From Dialister sp. i34-0019-2H8 (GTDB lineage Bacteria; Bacillota; Negativicutes; Veillonellales; Dialisteraceae), in assembly GCF_042846925.1 (NCBI RefSeq), contig NZ_BAABYQ010000001.1, positions 1,542,826-1,582,825 of the forward strand: a stretch of DNA of 40,000 nucleotides. Direction: 5' to 3'. Shown piece by piece: positions 7,080-14,418 of the stretch. A program made the translations under genes and the position numbers. The notes under the pieces are model-generated. The model did no database searches. It was not told the DNA's origin and saw only the letters and a program-made list of their open reading frames with translations. Within the stretch, counting starts at the first letter, position 1, and the number at the start of each line of letters is the position of its first letter.

Positions 7080-7508
7080 CTATTTCTTAATCCATGCACA
7101 CAAAAGCCCGCCAGAAATTGCGATCCAGAGATTCCGCTGGCGGGTCTTTACCCTAATTTTCCTTTTTGCCTCTTGCTCTAACTCGATCAAGGATTGATTT
7201 GCTCTCTCTAATGATTTCTGCGTCGCTTCGTTCACTGTCTTGGAGATTACGATTTCCTTCCTCAATCTTCTCAATTCCTCGGCCTGCTTCTTGATTGTCT
7301 CTTTCTGCTGATTCAGCAAGGTCGCTTGCTCGGTCAAGACTTTCTGCCGTTCTTGACTGTGAGCTTTCAGCGTTTGTAAGTTCGTTTTTAATTGCGTCAA
7401 CTCGCTGCTGGATATCTGATACATCCCCTCGGCCCGCGAAATAGATCCAGCCGCTAGCCACAAGGAGCACGCCAGCAAGCAGATACATAATCTTTTTGCA
7501 GTCCACAT
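7080..7508 (-). CDS. membrane-anchored coiled-coil protein, frame A (lipobox-like LLAC, C-terminal TM; unimolecular-spanin-like topology)
   Basis: GGAGGG lies 4 nt before the ATG. N-terminus is MWTAKRLCICLLACSLW, followed by a heptad-rich middle and a C-terminal LWIAISGGLLCAWI. The stop abuts the terminator. It fully overlaps the frame-B ORF. Confidence 0.45.
   Translation of the reverse strand: MWTAKRLCICLLACSLWLAAGSISRAEGMYQISSSELTQLKTNLQTLKAHSQERQKVLTEQATLLNQQKETIKKQAEELRRLRKEIVISKTVNEATQKSLERANQSLIELEQEAKRKIRVKTRQRNLWIAISGGLLCAWIKK
7153..7506 (-). CDS. alternative frame B: N-terminal TM anchor plus acidic coiled-coil (i-spanin/XhlA-like topology)
   Basis: GTG start 2 nt after the frame-A ATG. 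It has IMYLLAGVLLVASGWIYFAG followed by a D/E/R-rich helix. First codon positions are G/A-rich, which favours this frame. I cannot decide between A and B by eye. Confidence 0.4.
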   Translation of the reverse strand: MDCKKIMYLLAGVLLVASGWIYFAGRGDVSDIQQRVDAIKNELTNAESSQSRTAESLDRASDLAESAERDNQEAGRGIEKIEEGNRNLQDSERSDAEIIRESKSILDRVRARGKKEN

Positions 7509-7541
7509 TATGCCCTCCTTTATTTTATCCTTCCCACACTC

Positions 7542-8036
7542 TTAATCTAAATAAACAGCGTCGATTTCGCCTTTACTTTGTGCAGCTTCGACCTGCGCCT
7601 TTGCCGTGCGGTATGCAATATGCAGGAGATTGGAGCGTACGGCGACCGCTGCTACAATAGCGCGCAGGTCCTGAACCGTAACCACCGCATCATCATTGTC
7701 TGCCGTGGTCCAGCTGATGCTTGCGCCTTCTCCCTGAAGCGCCAACGCGATTATTGCTGCTGCGATGCGGTCGCGAGCTTTACTGTCGTAATCGTAGAGG
7801 TGCCCGCCATACGCAATCGGCTCAACCTCCGCATCATCGCGTTGGCGCTTCAGTTCAAAAATTTTGCGGGTGCGGATATTTTCAATCGGCTCCTCAGCCT
7901 CACCGATAGCAACACCTAAACATCCCAAATCAGCATCCGATATGCTGAGTGGGATAAATGTGCCATCCTGTCCCATGGCCTCTGCCAAATCATAGAGGTT
8001 GTTATAGATATTGTCCTTGTATGTGTATGTTTTCAC
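7542..8036 (-). CDS. phage protein, DUF4376-like (fibre-associated)
   Basis: AGGAGG 6 nt before GTG 8036. The pattern ...YDYDSKARDRIAAAI...WTTADNDDAVVTVQDLRAI...AKAQVEAA..GEIDAV recalls DUF4376 domains found beside tail fibres. Confidence 0.55.
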   Translation of the reverse strand: MKTYTYKDNIYNNLYDLAEAMGQDGTFIPLSISDADLGCLGVAIGEAEEPIENIRTRKIFELKRQRDDAEVEPIAYGGHLYDYDSKARDRIAAAIIALALQGEGASISWTTADNDDAVVTVQDLRAIVAAVAVRSNLLHIAYRTAKAQVEAAQSKGEIDAVYLD

Positions 8037-8047
8037 TGCTTGCCTCC

Positions 8048-8488
8048 TTAGTTAAACACAATTTCGACTTTATATTTTTTACCCACATTAGCGGCGGTAA
8101 ACATGCTTGATATATTTGACGGCACACGTTGCAAAAAGGTATAAAATCCTACTAAGTCACCTTGATATGACATTTTGCCTACTGTCAAATTAACAGTTAC
8201 ACCCGTTTCAAGCGGTGTGATGTTAAGGCTGATATTGCGACTACCGCTCGTAACACCATCCCCCTTAAAGGCTACATCAATCCATCCACCATAATAAGAG
8301 AGTATAACAAGAGTAACAGCTCTTCCTTCGTGTGTAACATTGCCTGTAACTTCACCATAGTAACCGCTGTTGGCATTATATCCATATTGACCACTTTTAG
8401 TTCCCATAGTCATGATAAAGGCATTATCCCCGGTATCCCCGCCGCTTCCAGCAGATTTTTTGATAAACATCATCCTGTTAAGTCCCAT
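8048..8488 (-). CDS. hypothetical phage structural protein
   Basis: GAGGTGA lies before ATG 8488. The track start at 8497 is a GTG inside the RBS. Gly/Tyr-rich beta-type sequence in an AT-richer segment. Confidence 0.6.
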   Translation of the reverse strand: MGLNRMMFIKKSAGSGGDTGDNAFIMTMGTKSGQYGYNANSGYYGEVTGNVTHEGRAVTLVILSYYGGWIDVAFKGDGVTSGSRNISLNITPLETGVTVNLTVGKMSYQGDLVGFYTFLQRVPSNISSMFTAANVGKKYKVEIVFN

Positions 8489-8498
8489 GGTTATCACC

Positions 8499-9044
8499 TC
8501 ATGTCAGCTTATTAGCCTGCACGATGCTGGTCAGGCTCCCGTTGCCATCCTTAGTCATAAGGATGTTAAGTAGCAAGCCAGCACTCGTTATTGCTAGGTC
8601 GGAAGCAGTACCGATGTATTTAATCGTTCCGCCGTTGGTGATGGACAGCGCATAATCACCACCAGCAGTGATGTATGCCGTAAACACTGTTGACTGATTA
8701 CTGCCCAACAGTGCTGATAACGTCGCAAGGTTAAGAGTAAACGCTCCTGTTGCATGATAGTATGCTGCTGACGTAGATGGGCTGACGGATGATGTACTGC
8801 GGTTAGGCGTAGTATACTGCTCATATCCAAGAGTTGCCAAATTAAACGTCTGCTGCGCTCCCCACACGTTTTGTCCGGATGTTTTAACATAGCCATCCAA
8901 AGACTGATGCTGCGTCAGATATCCGCTGTCATTCGATAATTGTGATACCTTAGTCGGTACATCGGATTTCTTGGCAAATTTCCCGTTCAGCTGCGTACAT
9001 AGCTTTCGAATAGCCCCCAGCAGCGAGTCCTTGTAAGTGCTCAT
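8499..9044 (-). CDS. tail-fibre-like protein
   Basis: N-terminal ...KFAKKSDVPTKVSQLSNDSGYLT... motif typical of Firmicute phage fibre proteins. Confidence 0.65.
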   Translation of the reverse strand: MSTYKDSLLGAIRKLCTQLNGKFAKKSDVPTKVSQLSNDSGYLTQHQSLDGYVKTSGQNVWGAQQTFNLATLGYEQYTTPNRSTSSVSPSTSAAYYHATGAFTLNLATLSALLGSNQSTVFTAYITAGGDYALSITNGGTIKYIGTASDLAITSAGLLLNILMTKDGNGSLTSIVQANKLT

Positions 9045-9057
9045 GCTAGCACCTCAC

Positions 9058-9663
9058 TTATATAATCGTTTCATTAACAATAGCGGTAATCTCATCATCA
9101 GTCGCCAACGGAAAGTCATTGATTTTCATGTAGGCAGATAAGTCGACCACGCCGGAGAGATTATCCCATGCGTTGCCATTCCAAACTACGTTATCCCCGG
9201 CTTTGATTCCGTTAGAAGCATCAGCCGCCACAACGTTGTATACATCGCCTACAGCCTTCCCGTTAACGGGGAGCTCCGCATAGGTGTTCACGCTCCCGCG
9301 GTACTTGTAAACGGTTGTGATGTCTGCTTTTTTCGCATAAGTACGATCTATATCGGCGCTCTTTGCGTAGAGAGACAGGTCCAATTGCCCCTGAATAGCG
9401 GAAATCGTACCGTCTTCGGAAATAGTCACATTATTGCCCGCCTTGACGCCACCGATGGTGCTTGCTGTCGGTGCTGGAAGGACGTAGTTATTCGCTCCTG
9501 CTGCTACGCCTGCGAGCTTTGCTTTTTCTGCGGCAGTATAATCATTGGTAGAAAGGCCTTTCCCAGTTTCCTTCCTGACAAAAAGGCTATTCAGCTTTGC
9601 AATCAAAGCGGTCATAGCGGCAGCAAAATTGGATTTTCTCAGAATTTTATCAGTAGTAGCCAT
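9058..9663 (-). CDS. tail-fibre-like protein
   Basis: KGLSTNDYTAAEKAKLAGV and repeated ...TISEDGTIS... fibre-repeat motifs. Confidence 0.7.
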   Translation of the reverse strand: MATTDKILRKSNFAAAMTALIAKLNSLFVRKETGKGLSTNDYTAAEKAKLAGVAAGANNYVLPAPTASTIGGVKAGNNVTISEDGTISAIQGQLDLSLYAKSADIDRTYAKKADITTVYKYRGSVNTYAELPVNGKAVGDVYNVVAADASNGIKAGDNVVWNGNAWDNLSGVVDLSAYMKINDFPLATDDEITAIVNETII

Positions 9664-9664
9664 A

Positions 9665-9829
9665 TTATTCTCCTTTTAGTAGATTATCAAAAATATCATC
9701 AATGACAGCCACGCATTCCGCATCGGTTGCATAATCTGCCACGAAATCGCCAGTATCAGCCGGAGTCAACACACCAGTTAAAACTCCTACGGCAGACAGG
9801 ACTCCCGTAAGCGTTTCGTTATCACTCAT
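9665..9829 (-). CDS. small acidic phage protein (54 aa)
   Basis: ATGA start/stop overlap with the upstream gene at 9829. The stop lies 1 nt before the next ATG. Translation is MSDNETLTGVLSAVGVLTGVLTPADTGDFVADYATDAECVAVIDDIFDNLLKGE. Below the track cut-off. Confidence 0.5.
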   Translation of the reverse strand: MSDNETLTGVLSAVGVLTGVLTPADTGDFVADYATDAECVAVIDDIFDNLLKGE

Positions 9830-10155
9830 CAGAAAGTCACCTCTTCTGTTAGTTTCAGCATGTGTGGTGGAATCACAGTCGCAACAAATCCATCAGGCCG
9901 GCGCAATTCGACATCATAGTAGTATGTGCCATACGCCAGATTATCTGTCTCTCTAGGAACAATGGTGATGCAATTATTAGCAGCCGCTTTTTGGATAACG
10001 ATTTCCTCATCGTTTGGGGATCTTTTTACTGTAAAAAGCACCTGATCATCCGGAGTGATTTCGTAGTCAGTACCGTCTTGATTTTTAATTTGCAGTCTGA
10101 AAGTAGCAGTATCTCCTCTTGTCAGACTAATTCCATTGTTGACCACTTTCAGCAC
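9829..10155 (-). CDS. hypothetical phage protein (beta-sandwich-like)
   Basis: 108-aa ORF tightly packed after the endolysin gene. No family recognised. Confidence 0.6.
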   Translation of the reverse strand: MLKVVNNGISLTRGDTATFRLQIKNQDGTDYEITPDDQVLFTVKRSPNDEEIVIQKAAANNCITIVPRETDNLAYGTYYYDVELRRPDGFVATVIPPHMLKLTEEVTF

Positions 10156-10167
10156 AATATCACCTCA

Positions 10168-10746
10168 TCAGTACCATTCACTTAAATCATATTTCCGCCC
10201 ATCAATTTCAAAAGAATCAGTATATTGCCAACCAGCAAGGATTCTGCTCGGGAAATAATCATGGAAATCACATGCACCGGCATATTGGGCAATCCATACG
10301 GGTACATAATCAGCTAGATCATCAAGATTCAGGCAGTCTGTGATAGTAGACAGACTTGCATAGATTCCGGCAGAATAACCCGCTGCATTGCATTCTGAAA
10401 TAAAAGCACTGCAGATAGCCGTCACATCATCTCTACCCTGTCCAATGACCTCAGGGGCTTCCGCATCAAACCAAATCCCTAACGGCGGTGTACCGTACCC
10501 CAATGCATTCAACGCCTCGATCACTCGATTTGCTTCTTCTCTTGCTCGCTCGGTAGTTTGTGCGTGCGTGTAGCAATAGGCGCCCCACGGCAATCCCCTA
10601 GCCTCCGCACCGGCGATATGTTTTCCGTGCAGTTGAGTCAGGCTTCTGCCCTCGGAAATCTTCACAATCGCACCACCGACTCCTGCGGCGATGAGATGAG
10701 ACCAGTTAATGTGATCATTCCAGTCACTTAAATCAGTTACCAGCAT
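10168..10746 (-). CDS. GH25 muramidase endolysin, catalytic domain only
   Basis: MLVTDLSDWNDHINW...GGAIVKISEG...GAYCYTHA...WFDAE...WQY pattern of glycoside hydrolase family 25 lysozymes. There is no C-terminal wall-binding domain. Confidence 0.9.
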   Translation of the reverse strand: MLVTDLSDWNDHINWSHLIAAGVGGAIVKISEGRSLTQLHGKHIAGAEARGLPWGAYCYTHAQTTERAREEANRVIEALNALGYGTPPLGIWFDAEAPEVIGQGRDDVTAICSAFISECNAAGYSAGIYASLSTITDCLNLDDLADYVPVWIAQYAGACDFHDYFPSRILAGWQYTDSFEIDGRKYDLSEWY

Positions 10747-10841
10747 TCGTTATCCTCCTTTTTCCAACGTCCCTTTATCCAATCCCCTACGGTAAACAAA
10801 AAGGCTGCCACGTAAATAACAACCCATTCTTTTAATTTCAT
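10737..10841 (-). CDS. possible 34-aa membrane peptide between holin and endolysin
   Basis: ATGA overlap with the holin stop. Translation is MKLKEWVVIYVAAFLFTVGDWIKGRWKKEDNECW. It overlaps the endolysin start. Very short. Confidence 0.3.
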   Translation of the reverse strand: MKLKEWVVIYVAAFLFTVGDWIKGRWKKEDNECW

Positions 10842-11344
10842 GTTGGACTCCTCTTTTTAATTACTGCAGCTAAATTATGGACCATAGACACGCCAGCATC
10901 GTCCAGGTTTTCCACGATGCTGAGGAGCTCAGTGGATGCCAGGTAGGCAATCACGATCTGTGCAAAATTGACATGACCCACAAGGATATCGGCTAGACCG
11001 CCAGCAATCACCAAAAACATATAAGCAAAGATTTTCCCTGCAAACTGCGTCTTCATTTCATGGCTATTGATGATACGAGCCCGATGTGCCGCTGGAATGC
11101 CTCGGATGGAATCAACCAGCGAGGGCTTTTCCACGTTGTTCTCAATCAGCCAGTGATAAGACAGGGCGATAAATTTGGCGAACAAGTCAAGAGCCACCAA
11201 CACGGCGAATGCGGTAAAAAGCATGATGTGCTTCGACATGGCGATGAGTAAGATCCCCATAAGAATTTTGTAGGGCCAGCCATCCGGGATACTGCAAATC
11301 GCACGATCGGCGGAATTGTAAATTTGAATGAAGATTTCAGTCAT
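10838..11344 (-). CDS. holin (phi LC3 / TcdE-like family)
   Basis: Multi-pass hydrophobic protein with ...STELLSIVENLDDAGV... near the C-terminus, immediately upstream of the endolysin. Confidence 0.8.
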   Translation of the reverse strand: MTEIFIQIYNSADRAICSIPDGWPYKILMGILLIAMSKHIMLFTAFAVLVALDLFAKFIALSYHWLIENNVEKPSLVDSIRGIPAAHRARIINSHEMKTQFAGKIFAYMFLVIAGGLADILVGHVNFAQIVIAYLASTELLSIVENLDDAGVSMVHNLAAVIKKRSPT

Positions 11345-11478
11345 GTTTTATCCTCCGCATCTTTCTTTTCTTCCGTTTCATCTTTGGGTGTCAGCGGCTT
11401 CGATCTGATACATTTCGCATTAGTGCAAAGTCCAGTCTTATTATCCATCTTGCGATGGCAAAGGAAACATCTTTCCAT
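11341..11478 (-). CDS. small zinc-ribbon protein (45 aa)
   Basis: Starts directly after the upstream stop and ends in an ATGA overlap with the holin. Begins MERCFLCHRKMDNKTGLCTNAKC (CxxC...CxxxxC). Confidence 0.45.
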   Translation of the reverse strand: MERCFLCHRKMDNKTGLCTNAKCIRSKPLTPKDETEEKKDAEDKT

Positions 11479-11910
11479 TTAAATCGCTCCTCTCTTTTCT
11501 GTGTATTCTGCAACCAGTTCTTCTCTTTCAGCTTTGAGGTCATTGTAGTAGTCCTCATCTTCTACGGCTTTTGCTTTCGCCATTTCTGTTTCGATATCGC
11601 TGATTTTTGTTGAGTATTCCGCATCAAGAGATGCGAGTGCTGCCTCGCGCTTCTCGTCCTCTGTTGGTTCGGGCCGCGGCACGTACTCCCCGTTCTTGTA
11701 AAGCAGATCATGCTGTAAGGCGTTATTATAGGTCAAAGCATCCTGCACTACATGCGTAAAGGTTGGATACTGGTTATTTGCCAGCTCTTCCAGCTCCTCT
11801 ACCGTCTCCCCATGCACACCGGTGACGTAGGATGTGACACGTTCCCCGCTCTCCTCGTAAATGGAAACATACGTGAGAGCAGGGTTCGTGATAGAAATTG
11901 ATTCACTCAT
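11479..11910 (-). CDS. hypothetical phage protein
   Basis: AAGGAGGG lies before ATG 11910. 143-aa acidic protein, no family recognised. Confidence 0.7.
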   Translation of the reverse strand: MSESISITNPALTYVSIYEESGERVTSYVTGVHGETVEELEELANNQYPTFTHVVQDALTYNNALQHDLLYKNGEYVPRPEPTEDEKREAALASLDAEYSTKISDIETEMAKAKAVEDEDYYNDLKAEREELVAEYTEKRGAI

Positions 11911-11936
11911 TTTTACCCTCCTTGAAAGGAAACACT

Positions 11937-12942
11937 ATGAAAAATCCAAACGGTTATGGCTGTGTCAAACATTTAAGCGGATCACGGAGGAATCCGTTCG
12001 CCTTTGTTGTAACAGACCACGGAAAACAGATAGTGAAGGGCTACTTTCCTACCAAAATGGACGCACTCGCCTATCAGGTTGAATACTGGAATATGCATGG
12101 CCGCACCCGTCTTTCTGAAATCACACTTGAAGAATTGTACGCCGAATGGCTGCCAGCGCACCGCCCCCTACGTTTCTGAAAGCACCGTGCGAAGCTATCA
12201 ATCAGCCTATGGTCATCTCTATCCCCTCTATGGCATGCCAATCAAGGAAATCAAATACAAGCACATGCAAGCCGCCCTGGACGCCATGGGTGGCTTATCT
12301 TATGCAAGCAAAAAGAAAGTACGCAATCTCCTATCACTGCTCTGGGCATATGCAAGGCAGATGGACTACACAAGCAATGACTATACCGGCCTGCTACGTA
12401 TAGGAAAGAACCGCCCTGTGAACCCACATCACGCTATCAGCCGCCGCAAAGTCAATGCCCTATGGAAGATGACAGACGTTCCCGGCATCGATATCATCCT
12501 CATACTGATCTACACCGGCCTGAGAAACGGCGAGCTCCGCGCCCTGCTGAAATCCGATGTAAACCGTCGGCAGAAATACATCCGCATACGGAAATCAAAA
12601 ACCGCGGCAGGCGTGCGTATCATACCTATCCATAGCCGCATATGGCCTTTTGTAGAAGTGCGCCTATCCTGCAATGGTTCCCATCTGATAACCGACGATA
12701 GCGGCATGCCCTATACATATAGCCGTCTAGCCCGCCTTTTCACCCATGTTATGGAATTGGTGCACGGCGAAAAGCATAAGCTCCACGACACCCGCCACAC
12801 CTGCGCCACGTGGCTTGATGACGCCGAGGTGAATGACAACGCCAAGAAAATGATTCTCGGGCATGCACGCAATGATGTGACGAACGGCGTCTATACCCAT
12901 AAAAACTTGCGCCAGCTGCGGAAAACCATCGAGAAAATCTGA
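11937..12942 (+). pseudogene. tyrosine recombinase (phage-integrase family with AP2-like N-terminal DNA-binding domain), frameshifted at a C5 run
   Basis: Frame 1 (11937-12179) reads MKNPNGYGCVKHLSGSRRNPFAFVV...GYFPTKMDALAY...LEELYAEWLPAHRP. Frame 2 (to 12942) reads YVSESTVRSYQSAYGHL...IRKSKTAAGVRIIPI...HDTRHTCATWL...LGHA...YTH. Removing one C from 12164-12168 joins the two frames. Confidence 0.8.
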
Positions 12943-12981
12943 TACCAACCTGTTACTAACGGCTACCTATTGCAACAAAAA

Positions 12982-13013
12982 AGTATCGCGGATATCGAAT
13001 GATCCGTGATACT
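12982..13013. terminator. 12-bp hairpin after the recombinase gene
   Basis: AGTATCGCGGAT pairs with ATCCGTGATACT. A6 precedes the hairpin and a weak T tail follows. Confidence 0.4.
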
Positions 13014-13116
13014 GATTTGTCCCATAGAAAGCCCACGATTTAGCCAGTTTTCGCTCTTTCTGTACAGAGCAATGCGGGGCGGCTGAGATTAGAAAATACG
13101 CGACGGAGACTGAAAA

Positions 13117-13130
13117 TATACAGGGTGGAA
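13117..13130 (+). repeat. crossover-site candidate A
   Basis: TATACAGGGTGGAA, 14/14 identical to the reverse complement of 13747-13760. Confidence 0.7.
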
Positions 13131-13312
13131 ACTGCGGGACTAGCACCAAAATTGGCTTCCCAGTTGCATTCCCAAAATTTTGCGGAGCCGTCACTTTAGG
13201 ACAGATTTATGGCGGTAACAGGAGTGACCATTACGGAAACCTCGGGAAAATAACAGCGACAGATTTCACTAAAGACAGCTGGAATAGTATGTACATCGCT
13301 ATTGGCATATAG
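13121..13312 (+). other. silent alternative tail-fibre tip cassette A (63 codons, no start)
   Basis: QGGNCGTSTKIGFPVAFPKFCGAVTLGQIYGGNRSDHYGNLGKITATDFTKDSWNSMYIAIGI*. Compare the expressed tip QGG...VSYPIAFPNACFTITGS...EWVAIGR*. Confidence 0.7.
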
Positions 13313-13324
13313 ACAGGGTGGAAT
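13313..13324 (+). repeat. crossover-site candidate B
   Basis: ACAGGGTGGAAT, 12/12 identical to the reverse complement of 13746-13757. It directly follows the TAG of cassette A. Confidence 0.7.
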
Positions 13325-13508
13325 TGGTGGTTCCGGTTTCACATATCCGCTTGCCCTGTCTAGGGTTTTGACAGTTGCGTTTTCGCTCAATAGCGGCGTC
13401 TGGGCTTATAACTGGTATACGCAAGATTCGAAGGTAAATATCAGCAATACAGATGCATCAAACCCCAAAGGATTTCCTTACAATTGGTTGGTTATTGGCA
13501 TTGCTTAA
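13314..13508 (+). other. silent alternative tail-fibre tip cassette B (64 codons, no start)
   Basis: QGGIGGSGFTYPLALSRVLTVAFSLNSGVWAYNWYTQDSKVNISNTDASNPKGFPYNWLVIGIA*. Its stop overlaps the expressed gene stop in the palindrome TTAA (13505-13508). Confidence 0.75.
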
Positions 13509-14416
13509 CGGCCGATAGCTACCCACTCGAAGTATTGACCTTGCTGCTCTGTACCGATCGCATAGCGAAATTGTGATTCATTTTTCCAGACAATGTGGTG
13601 ACCGGTTCGGTACGCATACCTATCATTCTTGTTGCGTTCTGGGCTGCCTGTAATCGTAAAGCATGCATTAGGGAATGCAATAGGGTAGCTGACAGTGTAA
13701 GCAGGCGTGGCCCCATCGTTCTCCCAGTTCTTTCCATTGTTGTGCATTCCACCCTGTATAATTAGCGGCACCGCGCCGCTAAGCTTCACCCACCATGCAT
13801 TAGCGTTTGACACATCGCCTGCAATAACCCCAACACCAGGCTCATTGATAGCCCCAATAGCCGTACGCACTTCTGCTGCCGTCGCTTTACCAAGTACGTC
13901 GCGCATGAATTTTGACAGACTGGCAAGAGATGCTGCGTTCGCTCCTGTGAAGTAAGGTAATTTATCAACTGATGGACTGAGTCCGCCTAATGCTTTTAGT
14001 GCAGTAGTTAAATCAACTTCGATATCAGCATTATCACTTCCATCAAAAGAAGCAGCCTTGCCCGTCAGACAATCTCCAATAACGTTGATGTATCTAGCCG
14101 TTTTCAGCTTAGTGGCAGATGCTGCATTTCCCGCAATGCCATTAGCATGGGATTGGGCGCTTTTGTTATGATTTGCAAGCGTATCATCTCCGGCTGCTTT
14201 GTTAGCATCAATAGCTTCTTTTAATCGGGCATCGTTAGAGAAGAGCTGACTTGCCATGTCGTTTTCCAGTTTATAATGAACCGGATCAGATGAGATTCGC
14301 TGCGGAAATCCGTCGGAATTGAAGTCAAGAGTATCATCGATTCCGTCTGTTGGTCTTGTCACATTCCCCGCCGAAGCGGGAAAATCAGTTTTCCATTTAT
14401 CAAGATATTTTGCCAT
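13505..14416 (-). CDS. tail fibre protein with gp53-like distal knob
   Basis: GGGAGGAATAGAC lies before ATG 14416. ...ATKLKTARYINVIGD...LPYFTGANAASLASLS...AAEVRTAIGA... are fibre shaft motifs. The C-terminal ...IIQGG...YPIAFPNACFTITGS...WVAIGR is a receptor-binding-knob pattern. Confidence 0.85.
   Translation of the reverse strand: MAKYLDKWKTDFPASAGNVTRPTDGIDDTLDFNSDGFPQRISSDPVHYKLENDMASQLFSNDARLKEAIDANKAAGDDTLANHNKSAQSHANGIAGNAASATKLKTARYINVIGDCLTGKAASFDGSDNADIEVDLTTALKALGGLSPSVDKLPYFTGANAASLASLSKFMRDVLGKATAAEVRTAIGAINEPGVGVIAGDVSNANAWWVKLSGAVPLIIQGGMHNNGKNWENDGATPAYTVSYPIAFPNACFTITGSPERNKNDRYAYRTGHHIVWKNESQFRYAIGTEQQGQYFEWVAIGR
13746..13760 (-). repeat. crossover-site candidate C inside the expressed tail-fibre gene
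   Basis: Minus strand TATACAGGGTGGAAT encodes I-Q-G-G-M at the start of the distal domain. Confidence 0.7.
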
Positions 14417-14418
14417 GT

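Noticed and set aside
12967-13390. Minus-strand ORFs 12967-13194 and 13196-13390 next to the tail-fibre gene
   Set aside because: They are the antisense frames of silent cassettes A and B. For example, PPIPPC is the complement of QGGIGG. They show no fibre-like or other motifs, whereas the + frames align with the expressed fibre tip.
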